Below, piece by piece: positions 36,901 through 48,850 of a stretch of DNA of 64,000 nt. Every line of letters starts with the position of its first letter. Within the stretch, counting starts at the first letter, position 1. The stretch is from Sphaerodactylus townsendi (taxonomy: Eukaryota). The notes below the pieces were generated by a model that saw only the letters and a program-made list of their open reading frames with translations, made no database searches and was not told the DNA's origin. Where the stretch lies: assembly GCF_021028975.2 (NCBI RefSeq), contig NC_059426.1:26722001-26786000 (forward strand). Direction: 5' to 3'. The position numbers were made by a program, and so were the translations under genes.

Positions 36901-39900
36901 TCCAAACAAGACGCCAGACAGCCCACTGAGCTTAAAGGAACCCCATAATATTTCCCTAGTCCCTGTTTTAATGGCGAGATCTAATCGGGGATTTTATTTC
37001 CCACCGAACGGCCTTGTTTGCGCTTCTAAGAAGTGTCCCAGATATAGCCCCGTGGGGACATCCCTCCTATTTTAAATATATATATCTTTATCTTTGGCTG
37101 CAACATCGCCCAGTTGTAAAGTTAAAACAATAGCCCGGACAACACAAGAGTCCTCTTGGCAGCCCTTGAGTGGGCATTGTTTAATGAAGTGATTCTGAAT
37201 CCCAGACCTGCTTTGCGTGGATGGACGGGGCCAGAGAGGAATCCCACAATCTAAAATTACCAGCTCTTTGCTCAGCAGGTCCCACTTAACGCTAACCAAC
37301 ACATCAACTACTTTTAAAACCAAACTTGGATTTAGTCCGGCTTTTCGCCAAGGAGAAAGATTGGGGGTGGGTGGGTGGGTGGGAATAGAACAGCCAAAAT
37401 TTAAAATTTGTTGGGCACGTCTAGAGGTTGAATAAACACCTCTTTGGGGAAATGAGTTACTTAGACCTGGCCTGTTTAACGCCACCACAGTTTTCAATCA
37501 TTTTAAGATGGAATTGTAGTAATTAACATTAATAAATAAATCAATATTGCGCCATAAACGAGATATATAATCTACATTAACGTAAAGGTTTTTCCTCTTT
37601 ACCGTCCCATATTTTTTTCCTCTAAAGGGGGTGGGCCGGCCAAAAAAAAAGAGATCCATTTCCAACTCGATTACTATTTGCAATAAAACATATGTTGACA
37701 CCTCCCTTTTCTGCCTTAATAAATAATAGAAAATGAAAGCTGGGAAGCCGAGTCCTTCTTCTAAAGTTTAATTGTATCTTTATTCCACATTTCGGTTCCG
37801 TTTGTGTGTGCGTCTGCGTGTATATACCCACACACTCTGTCACGCACACAAAAACAATGTTTTCTGCCACCCCACGAACACAATATTCACATTCCAAGTA
37901 GTTTCTTTTTTGACCAGAATTTAAGGCGACGGTGGGAGAAGAAAGAACACAGTGAAATGGGAAGGGGGTTGTTGATTCAGAGGGACAAGGGGGGTCAAAT
38001 ATCAGAATTGGCGCACCAATATTGTTGGAAAGGCAGGCATATTCGAAAAACAGAAGGCTAACCCTACAGCTTCCCTTGCTCCATCGTGCAAGTATTTGCT
38101 CTAGGCTGTTTTTACTGATGGATTAATTCTGTTTCGTGACATCCTACAGCAGAGCTTGGGCTGGAGAAAGTATCCCTTTCATTCTGGGAATCAATGTCAC
38201 GGCTGGGCTATCTTGTGACTTCCTTTCATCTAACCAGCGCCGGGCAGATGATCCTTCTGCGCTCTCCGCCTCACAGATCTCTTAAGAACAGTCACAGTGT
38301 CCACCACAAGTCAGATTTAAAGTAAATAAATGAAAGCAAAATGAAGAGAGCCACGGCCTCGCGTAATAAGCAGGCGGAACACCACTCCCTGATTATACAT
38401 TTTGTTCCAGAACAGGTAGAGAATAGCTCAACACAGCCTCCCTCCCCCTTCTTCCCCTCATGCAGATATTTTTTATATAGGGCGTGTATCCATAAAAGGA
38501 TGCCATAAACAAAATTCTCCGCAGAGGACTCGCCTTGCCTATTGTTTCTCCCAAGTTCTTTGTGTTGGGGGAGCACCCAGTTCCATTTCTGTCCCTCTGA
38601 GACTGCCCACCGAGGGTCCGGCCCAGCTGATGGCTTTTACACCTTCAAATCATTGGGAACCCTGGATCAATCGAGTCTATTGTGGACTGAAGCGCTCCTG
38701 CCCGTCCCAGGTTTATAGATTTAAAAATATCCATCCAGCGGTTCCTTCTCAGGCTAATATCAAGACTGCAAAAGGCCACATCGATTTCAGCCGCCTCCAC
38801 TGGTAGGTGCCAAAAGGTCCTAGATATAGCTCAGTGAAGCCATCCTTCCTAATTTTCAGTACAAATGTCTTTGGCTGCAACATCGCCCATCTTATGACAC
38901 TTCCCAGCCAAAAGAAATCTGAGAATTATTTCGAGGAAGAGGTTGAAAGAAACTCCACCAACCATAAAGTGAATGCAAGTTACTCCCCACCCGCAAAGAG
39001 AGAGAGAGAGAGAGAGAAAACTAAACAAAATTGAATGAACAGAGCATGCATTCATGTCTGTATACACAAATTCTGTATATGCGTGTATTATGTATGTCTA
39101 CCCAGACACAAAGACATACTACGCTCATTGCAACTTTAAGATGATGTTTCTGAACACCCAAAAGACACTCCAGACCTCGCTCCTCAGCTTTTAAAAAAAA
39201 AAAACAAATCGCTCCTGTAACCATAAATGCACGTTTCTCAAAATAAACCCTTTTTTGTCTATTTTTGATCTGAGGCGCTTTCGCATCCCGTTCAAGTTCT
39301 GACGCGACAAACCTACATCAAGGTCAGAATGGCCGAACAAAGCCATGACAACGCGCTGAACCTAGAATATCCCAACAGGATTTTACTTTGTCGGAAGGAA
39401 GCCTTTATATAAATGGCAAAAGGAGGTGGAGAAGGTTGGAAAAGGGGGGAAAAACCGCTCACAAATAACACACACACACACACACACAAAAATCGGTGTA
39501 ATTTTATCTTTGTGCGATATCTTAGGAAGTCTGTGAACGAAAGTCACAGAAACCCTTTCCCTGCATTACTTTGTCTTCAAATAGATTCGAATTACACCAT
39601 GCCCATTTAGGCTGGATTTGAACCAGAAGAATATTGCTTTGTTTGTCGTTTAGAACCCGAAATCTTGTCTTGAGTGCCTCCTGTTTATTGCAGGCTATTC
39701 TAGGTAACAGAAGTAACAATGAACTTCTAAAAAACAAAAAAACCCTCACCAACCTCTGGAAAACAATTGTCTGGGACGCTAATTTCCTAGGAATGACTTT
39801 GAATGTGTCTCGTATATTGGACCACACGTTGCCAACCTAATCAGGGGTTATTTTTTGGAAGGGCGGGAGCGGTGAAACTCACCCTCGGAGCTTCTTTAAA

Positions 39901-40640
39901 ATTATCTTTCCAAACTAGTGATTTGGAAGGACCGAACCTCGCCAATTCAGTTGACAATGTCCGAGAGGAAATTCCTGAAAGGACCTTCTGATTTTTATTT
40001 TTAAAAAATGGTTTGGGTGCCCTTTAAAAACAATAGATTTCACTTGATCCAACCAATCGAATTTCTCAATTGCGGCTCAAGGGGACGATGGGATTATGAC
40101 TTTTAAAAATGTTCTAATCTCTGATAAACAAAGCTCTTTCTTGTTTAGAGAAACGGCTGCTCCTCACCATAATACCCCAAATTACCAATGATGCAATTTG
40201 AAAAACCTGCAGCATTTTCTAAAATTGTACTATCTGCTTGTATTTGCCTATTCTGACAACGTGATAGAGCGTTCTATGAATGAGGTAGAAGGGATTCGTA
40301 TTCCTTGAGTGTTGCTACAGCATTTTCAAAAGAAGCAATTAGAATTCCATTCTGCTGAGAAAATTTAAGAGATAAACTAACTCCTCTTTAAAATCTTTTT
40401 TTTTAAATCTTATGTTCCATATGGTAACAGACCAAAATCTTATTTTAAAATAAAATACATCTTGGTCATGTCACGGCTGTGAGTTACTTGTTTAATAAAT
40501 CTTGTATATGCTTTATTTTCTAATTTCCCAAGCCCTGAAATCTTATAGTTGCTTATATATTAGGTATTTTATTGGTAGCAGGATTATTAGGGGGGAAATA
40601 TACTTGGAACAGCAGGACAATTATGCATTCTGGAATATTA

Positions 40641-40659
40641 GCGCGCCCTCTTGTGGAAT
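40641..40659 (-). promoter_or_regulatory. CTCF motif between HoxD10 and HoxD11
   Basis: Minus strand ATTCCACAAGAGGGCGCGC, one mismatch to the core; a CpG-containing motif in an AT-rich background. Confidence 0.7.
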
Positions 40660-41676
40660 TTGGCCATACAGCACATGGGGATTTTTCAGACTGGCTGCCC
40701 TATTCTTCTCCTTTTATTCAGAACCCGTTATTTTATTCTTCTGGAAATAATACAGAGGAATATTAAATTGACAGAACAAAATAACAGTTATAGCTGGTAA
40801 ATTTGCCTTGGTTTTATTCTATACTAAAAAGTAGAAGTATTTCTGATACGTTCATGTTTGGAGGAGAAATACAGCTCTGAAGGATTGACTCCATTACAAA
40901 TTCTGCAGTTATTTAATAAATAGAGCTGATACCTGTTTTTTTTAATGCGGTAGATGAAAATATTTGATAACCTCAAGATCTTATTTCTCATGAAAAGGAC
41001 TTTTTTTTTTCACTGTCTGGAAGAAAGCGAGCCAGCCAGCATTTGTGCAACCATATTTTTGTCAAATTGTTTAACATATACCTCTATCTAACTGGAGAAA
41101 GGAAGGAAGAAAAAGAAAATAATCTATATTATCCATAATTCCTATGGAACACAAACGATATTTTTGGTTCAAGCCGCATCCCGTGGTAGAATTCTATTCA
41201 TAGAATAGAGCTGCATCTTTTTTAAAAAATTAATACTCATCTGTTGCCTGAATTAAGATCACCCAAGTGAATTAATACGAAAGGTTAATGGAAGGGGGTA
41301 GCGTGTTTCTAAAACGGAAAAGAAATTAGATAAGAACGGAAGGAAACGAGGAAGATCTTCCCCTATAAAGTAGAGATTCCTGCTGATAAAATGGACCTGA
41401 AAGTGTCATTTTAGGCAGGGGCTTATCAAAGGCGAGGACTCCGTCATGAAGGGTTATGTGGATTCGCTGGCGTGGATCGCTCTGCAGTCAGAAGCGTGTT
41501 TGTGTGTGTGCATGCGTGTGTGTGGTGTGTGGTGCTTGCAGGCGGTGTATGTGTGTGGGAGACAGAGGGAGGGAGGGAGGGGAAGCCAGGAGTGAGAAAC
41601 AGGGGGAAAGAGGGAAAGAGACTGGGTGGTGGCTGGAAATCAGAGAGGAACCGTTCACGCTCCTAATTATTCAGAA

Positions 41677-41720
41677 AGGTTAAAGGTGATGACCTTGACA
41701 TCTTGGAAGTTCAAAGGCAT
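41677..41720. promoter_or_regulatory. Nuclear-receptor site cluster 3' of HoxD11 (positionally like mouse region IX)
   Basis: DR1 AGGTTA-A-AGGTGA, adjacent TGACCTTGA (TCAAGGTCA on minus), and a second DR1-like AGTTCA-A-AGGCAT. Confidence 0.6.
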
Positions 41721-41935
41721 AGGCTTTTTCGGTTAAAGATTTTTAAAAATTTTAAATTTTGTGGCACTCTTCTTTAGAGGTTGGTGACTTAAGGTTGATT
41801 TTGCATAGTCTGTCTTCATTTGATCACTCCGGTTTGGCGTGGAAACCTGCGCAAAACGGAATCAGACTCTTCCTTTTTTTTTTAAGGAACCAAATCTCCT
41901 GCCTCACTCCACTCCTTTGCTGCACATTGCGGAAA

Positions 41936-41939
<4 letters not shown>

Positions 41940-41997
<58 letters not shown>
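41940..41997. repeat. (CT)n microsatellite
   Basis: CT run. Confidence 0.95.
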
Positions 41998-42000
<3 letters not shown>

Positions 42001-42854
42001 ATTTCCCCCCCTACCATAAGGTGTATAATATAAGCCAATTAAGCTGTTTAGACCCGGGACTTTTATGGTGTCGTCTAGACAGTTCAAGGTTTTGTAAACA
42101 GCCTTACTAGGACATGCAACATAAAGCAGAGAGAAAGTCCTCCACCCAATACTTCTCGCCAAATACAAAGTTGGCAACTTAGTTTGGTGCTCCCTTCTGG
42201 TAGAGAATTCCACACACACACAGTGGGTTGTTGCTGTTGTTGTGTGTGGGTTGCAGGGTTGACCTGGAAAGAAATAACTTACAAAATATGGCCTACTCTA
42301 ATTCCCTCACCCGCCCCTGTCCAAATAGGTCGCCTTTTTAAATTAAAAATAAATAAATTTTCAACCCGGTTTATCTTTCCTGTGCGGAATACAAACCGCA
42401 GAATGGAATGGGAAGTCGCATCCGGTAGTTTCTTTCTTTCTTTTTAAATGAGCCCTTTTATCGGGATACAAGCTAGACAAAATCAAGGCATTTTTAGCTC
42501 CCCTCGATGGCAATGATTTTGAGCACGTGCTTAAGTCTACGGTGCCAACAGGGTCGCTGCCTTTCCTTTTCCAAGATGGGGTGCGGAAAGGTCTCAAAAC
42601 TGCACGGAAAACAGGCAGCCATGTTGAATTTCTCCTAAAGGGTCACTCTATTTAGACATTATTCGAGGGACAGGCCCGAACTGCCGGCTTCTAGAAAAGT
42701 CTTTTGGGGGATCAGCGGAAGCAAACCAAACTCCGCAGTTCGTCAATTTCAATGTCAAATGGGCACCAGCAGAGAGAAAGTTATGATCCTCTACAGATGG
42801 CTTTTTGCTGAGAACGCAAACGGAAGATACCAGCCCAGCTTTTTCTAGCAACCG

Positions 42855-42860
42855 TTTATT
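42855..42860 (-). terminator. Candidate HoxD11 polyadenylation signal AATAAA
   Basis: TTTATT on the plus strand about 520 nt past the stop codon. Confidence 0.45.
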
Positions 42861-43377
42861 CACACCAACAAGACAGTGTCCCATGCTTTGATATGCCAAC
42901 AGACACAGAGAGATATCTATACAGGGGTATAGATACACATCGCACATACACGACCACCTTTTTCAACAAACCTGGCAGAGCGGGTATTCCTAAAAATTGG
43001 AGCAACAGGAACCAGGGAGAGACAGTTCATATGTTTAACCCGCTTCTTTTTATATATATATATAAAAAACAACTAGCATATACATTTGAGGTGCGATGGT
43101 TTGAACCAGGAAAAAGGGAGGGGGGAGTAATGAACATAACCAGTGGTTTTTTAAAAAAAAATCAAGAAAATTGACTTTTTGGATTTACCCTTAGGCTCCT
43201 CCAAGTCCATCAGCAGCAGAGGAGGAGTGTTTGGAAGCATCCGTGTTGCTGAACGTGAAAAATGGAACTTGTTAGGTCCGCAGGGTGGCTGTCATGTAAA
43301 CCTCTTGATTTTCCAACTCATGGGGCAGGCTGGACAGCGGAGGAGGAATCTCTCCCGCCCGCCCCAGCGCCTTCTCC

Positions 43378-43613
43378 TCAAAACAAGGGGTTCCCAGTGA
43401 AATACTGAAGTCTGTCTCTGTTCAGTTTCTTTTCTTTCATCCTCCGATTTTGGAACCATATTTTAACTTGTCGATCCGTAAGATTCAGCATCCTGGACAA
43501 CTGGAGTCTTTTCTCTTTGTTAATGTACACGTTGAAGAAAAACTCCCGTTCGAGTTCTCGGATTTGATACTTGGTGTAAGGACATCTCTTTTTCCGGGAT
43601 CGCTGGGGGATCG
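43378..43613 (-). CDS. HOXD11: Hox-D11, coding exon 2 (homeodomain); spliced protein about 300 aa
   Basis: Acceptor TCTCTAG|CG; [76 protein letters not shown]. Confidence 0.97.
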
Positions 43614-43954
43614 CTAGAGAGTCAGGAGTGGGGCGAGGGGAGAAGGAAAAGAAACAGAAGAGAGAAGTTGACCCATGCTGTTCCAGTAGGAAGACCTTCA
43701 ACATGAACTCTGAATTCAACCTCTTGCTGGAGGCAACTTCGCTGCCTGGATTCGAGCCGTTTCCTGGGAACACCCAAAGAGTTTCCGCATCACTTTGGAT
43801 AACTTTGCGCCATAGCGGCTGGGGTAAAATATGCGCCCAAATTTCCCTTTGAATAGATTCCCAGTTTACAGCAATAACATGTGAGATGGTTTCTTTAAAA
43901 AACAAAACAGACATACACCGTTTGAAATGACGTTTCCTCCAAGGCACCCATACA

Positions 43955-43986
<32 letters not shown>

Positions 43987-44494
43987 CCATTTGGCACTAG
44001 GAGTAGCCCAAAGCATCCCCCAAACCAATGCAGGCCGCCGTCTCCTTTGACGACGGAAAGGGGTTGTTTTTGGAATCGTTTGTGGACCACCCCAAGAAAA
44101 CCCCCAGAGCCTCCCCATCAACCATCTCGTCACAATTAATCTCCTTCTCCAAGGATACCTCGTAAGCCCACCTCAATGGCTTTCCTATCGTAAACAGACT
44201 TTACAGCGGCAAAAGGAAACCGTATAGGATGTATAAAAGCGCTTTGGATGCTTATAAAATCGCACGTAAAAAGGGGGGAAACCACACACACACACACACA
44301 CACACACACCCTCTGGGGCTTGATGAAGTGGCGGCCTGATGCCCCGCGGGGGGGTCTCTCTCGCTCTCTCGCTCTCTGCCCTGTCACTCCCTCCCCCCCC
44401 CGTCCAGAGCTTTTCCCCCTTCCACCCCCCTCACTACACCCAACCCCCCCCCCCAGCAGCTCCGGAGTTCATCCCCGTCCGCCGCCTCCCGTAC

Positions 44495-45161
44495 CTGAGC
44501 CGCTGCTCTTCTCCGTCCCGGCCTCTCCGGCGGGGTCCTCGGCGCTGCCCTGGCCGGCCACTTTCTTCTCCAGGCTGGGGAGGGGCGAGGCTTTGCCACA
44601 GGCGCCCCCGGGGGGCTTGAGGTCCCCCTCCGAGCCCGACTGCTCCGGGCCCGGGCCCGTGGCGTGCGCCGCCTCGAAGAACTGGTCGAAGCCCTGCGGG
44701 AGGATCCCGTTCCTGCCCACCGCCCCGTAGAAGCTAGAGGCGGCGGCGGCAGCGGCGGCGGCAGCGGCGGCGGCCCCATGGTGGGCCCCGCACACCGGCT
44801 CGCCCTTGAAGAGCACGTCGGAGCGGCGGGCGGCGGGCGGCAGGAAGTCCCTGGCGTGCATCGCCTCCTCGTAGTAGGGCGCGTAGGGGCCCCGGTAGGG
44901 CCACTTGCCGGCCCCACCGCCGCCCGCCCCGCCGCCGCCGCCGTAGTCCCGGAAGGCTGCCGCCACGTCGCGCACCGGCGGCGGCACATGGGCCGGCAGG
45001 TTGGAGGCGTAAGGGAAGGCCACTTGGCAGGAGGGCGGCTGCGGCAGGAAGGGCGCCTTGCCGGAGAAGTCCGAGGGGGACACGTAGTAGGCGGCGGCGG
45101 TGCAGCCCGGCAGATACATGCCCGAGGAGCCGCGGCTGCCGCAGTCGTCGAAGTCGCTCAT
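44495..45161 (-). CDS. HOXD11: Homeobox protein Hox-D11, coding exon 1
   Basis: MSDFDDCG...MYLPGC...[11 protein letters not shown]...[20 protein letters not shown] (Hox11 motifs); donor TCAG|GTACGG at 44495/44494; 667 nt, phase 1. Confidence 0.96.
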
Positions 45162-45349
45162 GGCTGCTGGCGGAGCTGCCGCCGCCTCCCCGGGGCCAGC
45201 GGGGCCGGGACCGGCAGGCAGGAGCGGCGGCGGCAGCGGAGGAGGAGGAGGCGAGCGCCGGGGCGCCCGAGGAGGAGCCCCATCTATCCGCGCGCCAGGC
45301 TGTGGGCAGCCGCGGCGGCGGCCGAGGGGGGAAAAAGCCCACCGCCAGC

Positions 45350-45405
45350 TGACGCGCGATCCATCTTGATGGATTCCGGGTCGGTAATCGTGTCACGTGA
45401 CGGAG
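45350..45405 (-). promoter_or_regulatory. HoxD11 proximal promoter with palindromic E-box
   Basis: GTCACGTGAC at 45392-45401 and TGATGGAT at 45367-45374. Confidence 0.6.
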
Positions 45406-47871
45406 GGCGACGGAGAAATGCCCTGATATCTATATCGGCCCCCCGCCTGCCTGCCTCGCCGGAGGGGCTCTCCAAGAGCGCGCCCAGCTCCCCCGCGCAT
45501 CGGCAGCCGCGCGTTTGCAAGAGCGGGACCGGTGCCAGCGATCCTCTTCTCTTCTCTGCTCTGCTCTCCCCCCCACCCCACACACACACACACACACACA
45601 CACACCTCCCAAACTCCCGCTTCCCCTCCTCCCCCCTTTCCCCCCTCCCCCCAACTGCTGATGAGCTATAGGTGGGGCGACGAATCACCTGGGAATGCCA
45701 CCCTACACCACATGCCCGCGACGCCCAGCTCCATCTCCGAGCCCCGCAAAGAGCTCCCGGCAGGGAAGGCAGCCGCGCCCCCCTTTCCCCTCTTGTGAGA
45801 CCCGACTAGGGCATTCCTAGATAAGAAAAAAGGCCCGCAGACACCGGAAATGCGGCCAGGAAACTTGAAGGGCCGTGAAGGTGTGTGAGAGGACAGAAGA
45901 ACTTCGGGGCGAGTCCTCTCCTCGCCCAAGTCAGACTTTGCTTCCTCCTTTTCATGCCGCTTATACACCCACCCACCCACCCGCACGCCAGGGGTATCTG
46001 GTGAGGTTTTCCTCAGACAACCCAAGGTATTTCCCTAAGCCCTAGCTTTGAAGGGTCTTTGCCGCCCGGCTTCTGGCTCCATCGTGAGTTTATCCCGTTT
46101 TCTCCAACTCTTTGGCTCATTCCTCTCCTTCCCCTAGAAACCCGGCGGGCATTTTCAGAAAAGATCACTCCCAGATTCTTGCACCAATTCCGCTTTTCAC
46201 CAAACAGCGCGTCCGACCCGGTCCCGGTCTAGGCTACATTTTGAAGTGGAAGGAGCAGCGATTCCCTTGTGGGAAAAATGCCAAACTTTCACCACTACCA
46301 GACTCTGTTGGGACCAGTCTCCCTTAGCTAGCCGATCACCAGTGTGATCTGAAGGGGAAGGAAATGTTTCCCTTCCTTTCGGATCCCAACTAGAACCACA
46401 CGATCTGTCCGAAAGATCTCGGCTGTATGTTTTTCAGTGGCCTTTCATCCCCTTTCTTCTAAAAATAAGCACATCCCAGACGCTGCAACTAGGCAGAAAA
46501 GCAAAAACAAATACTACGTACAGAGAGAAAGAGAGAAAGAAACCGAGAGAGGAAGAGAGAATCTTAATAACACCCAGCAAAGAAGAAAGCAATTCCCTTG
46601 GAAAACATGTAACATTCAAGTATCTCTGAGCAAGACCACCCCGTTATTCGCTGGACTGCGAAACAATGTCAAGTTTAGCGCACGCTCCTTCCACACATTC
46701 TCCAAAAAACCTTCAGCGCCAAACATTGTTTTCTCAAGACAAGGAGCTGGAAATCCAAGTCTCGCCCCAGCCCGAGAACGAACCTTAAAGTCAATACAAA
46801 CGCGATCTACAAATAAATTCGATCAACTATGCTGATATTTGAAGATCAAGGTCATACGGATGACTTGCGGGGAGGGAGGGGGGAACCAAATAAGAACCAA
46901 GGCGAAAGTCAAGGCGCCGCAATCGTGCAAATCCCTCTCCAACACAATTCATTGGCCCGCAGGACTGCAGACCCAACTACAAATTTATCCACCGTCTTCC
47001 GAATATTTTAGTTGCATTAAATGGGTATAGCAATAAACGGGGATGTTCGCCTGCTTGTATAGACCCCCGCTGCTTAAACACAGAAACGCAGTCTCTATCT
47101 TTTAATAATGCCTCCTCTGCGAGGAGCCAGCGACCGAAAGAATTATATGATATTGTACTGTATCATATCGAATTATATTGTGTTGTCTGTCCTGTAAACA
47201 TAGCAGAAACCGTTTTGCTATCGCAGATAAACCCAGAAGTGAGACTCCAGGGTGGTGGAGAGTCATTAAATGCCAGATATTCAGAACGCGGAAGGAGCAA
47301 TGATTGGCACCCGCAAGGACAAACCCATTCTGCGCATTTTGCAGAGCTCCAGGCAGAAAGCCGAGAGGACGCCGCTCTGTTGCTGGCAAAACACCTTCCC
47401 CTCTTGGCAGGATCACGCCCAGACCCGAGTCTCGTCCCTCGTTTGCAAAGGGAAAGGAACAAACAGGGCCCCCCCCCCCCCGCGCCCAAACGCCATCCTT
47501 CACACGCCCCGCATTGGACTCCTCTCGCTTTTTCTCTGCAAGGCGACAGACAAGAGCCTACAGCAGAACATCGCTTCAGATCCGGCCACTACCAAGGCCA
47601 CCACGCGCAAACGGTTAACAACAACCACCACCTCAAACTTTAGACCACCGTCTCTGTCGTGAATGCTGAGGTTTGGGGGTTTGCTGCAGCAAATAGACTC
47701 CCCCTCCCTCCCCCCCCTCCCCAAAGTTGACTGCGCTGCTAAAATGGCTGCTGCGCCTCTTCTCGACCTGGAGAAAGGCAAAGACATCCCTCTGGATGGA
47801 GCTTTCAAGCATCCCCCAGACCGAGCAGAGCAATCCTGGTCCTGCAAATCCACAGACAAGCCCACCAACAC

Positions 47872-47922
<51 letters not shown>

Positions 47923-48659
47923 CCACCCCCATTTCCCGCCTCTCAAGTCACCACCCCACAGGAAACCCAACCGCCAGGATCTGGCCAACACCGCCATAGT
48001 CGCTTCTCCTCTGCGGAACCCCTCCGCAATTAGCAGCAGATCTGGACACGAGTTGGCCGGTTTCCACCATTTCAAGTTCAAGGACACCTCGGCTCGACCG
48101 CTTGGCTCATGGCGGATGACCCAACCCACGATTTCTGCAAGAGACCACTCGGGTTCGGGAAATGCTCATTCGAGACCCCCCCCCCCAAAGCGGGGACTTC
48201 CTTGGCCAAGGGCAAACCTGGACCAGCCTCGTTTGAAAAGCTTTCCTGCTCTGAGTAACAGAGCAATCCTGAGGCGAGTAAGATTCCCTCTACGCCCCAT
48301 TGACTTCAATGGGCGTAGAAGGGTTGTAGCTTCACCCCAGATGCCACCGGAAAGTCCTAGCAGGTTTTAACCACATCCAGCAGATCCCTTATCCGACGCA
48401 GTCAGCACATCCCACAAAACAATGCTGTGCAAAGCACATGAAATGTCAGGACTTTACCGTTCGCCGTCTTGCCAGCGCCATGGTCCTCGTCTCCAGCAAC
48501 GAGCGGGGATTTTTAGTCCAAGTGACATTTCCAAAAAACCTTCTGTGGAAAATTAGGACGATCCGCATGAGGCTCTCGGAGGAGGTGAAAGGAAGACGAA
48601 AATATCCCAGGTCCTAGCTGGGGAAGGTGCGGTATTTTGTGCCACCCAAGATAAGACAC

Positions 48660-48850
48660 TAACTTGACCTTAACTTTGTTATGGCGCCTCCAGTATCTGG
48701 AGAACGTGAACAGACGCCGTCTGGCAGTTCTCGTAAAACCTAACTGGAGAAGAGATCCTGACTCATTTCATTTATGGCCACTACAGTTCTGCAAGAAAGC
48801 CTTTTTTCCCCTCCCTGCCAAACTTTAATTATTTATGCTCTTTTAGGAAA
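48660..48850. promoter_or_regulatory. Candidate conserved enhancer between HoxD11 and HoxD12
   Basis: Dense motifs TGACCTTAA, CTCGTAAAA (Hox13-type), TGACTCA (AP-1), TTTATGG, TAATTA and TTTATG within about 190 bp. Confidence 0.45.

Noticed and set aside
38788-38807. Weak CTCF-like motifs (also about 55000, 25275, 53352 and 5607)
   Set aside because: Two or more core mismatches; not supportable without a PWM scan.
44664-45671. Long antisense or alternative-frame ORFs over Hox exon 1 regions (also 25590-26429, 16750-17286, 54009-54494)
   Set aside because: Expected shadows of very GC-rich, stop-poor sequence; low complexity and no domain.
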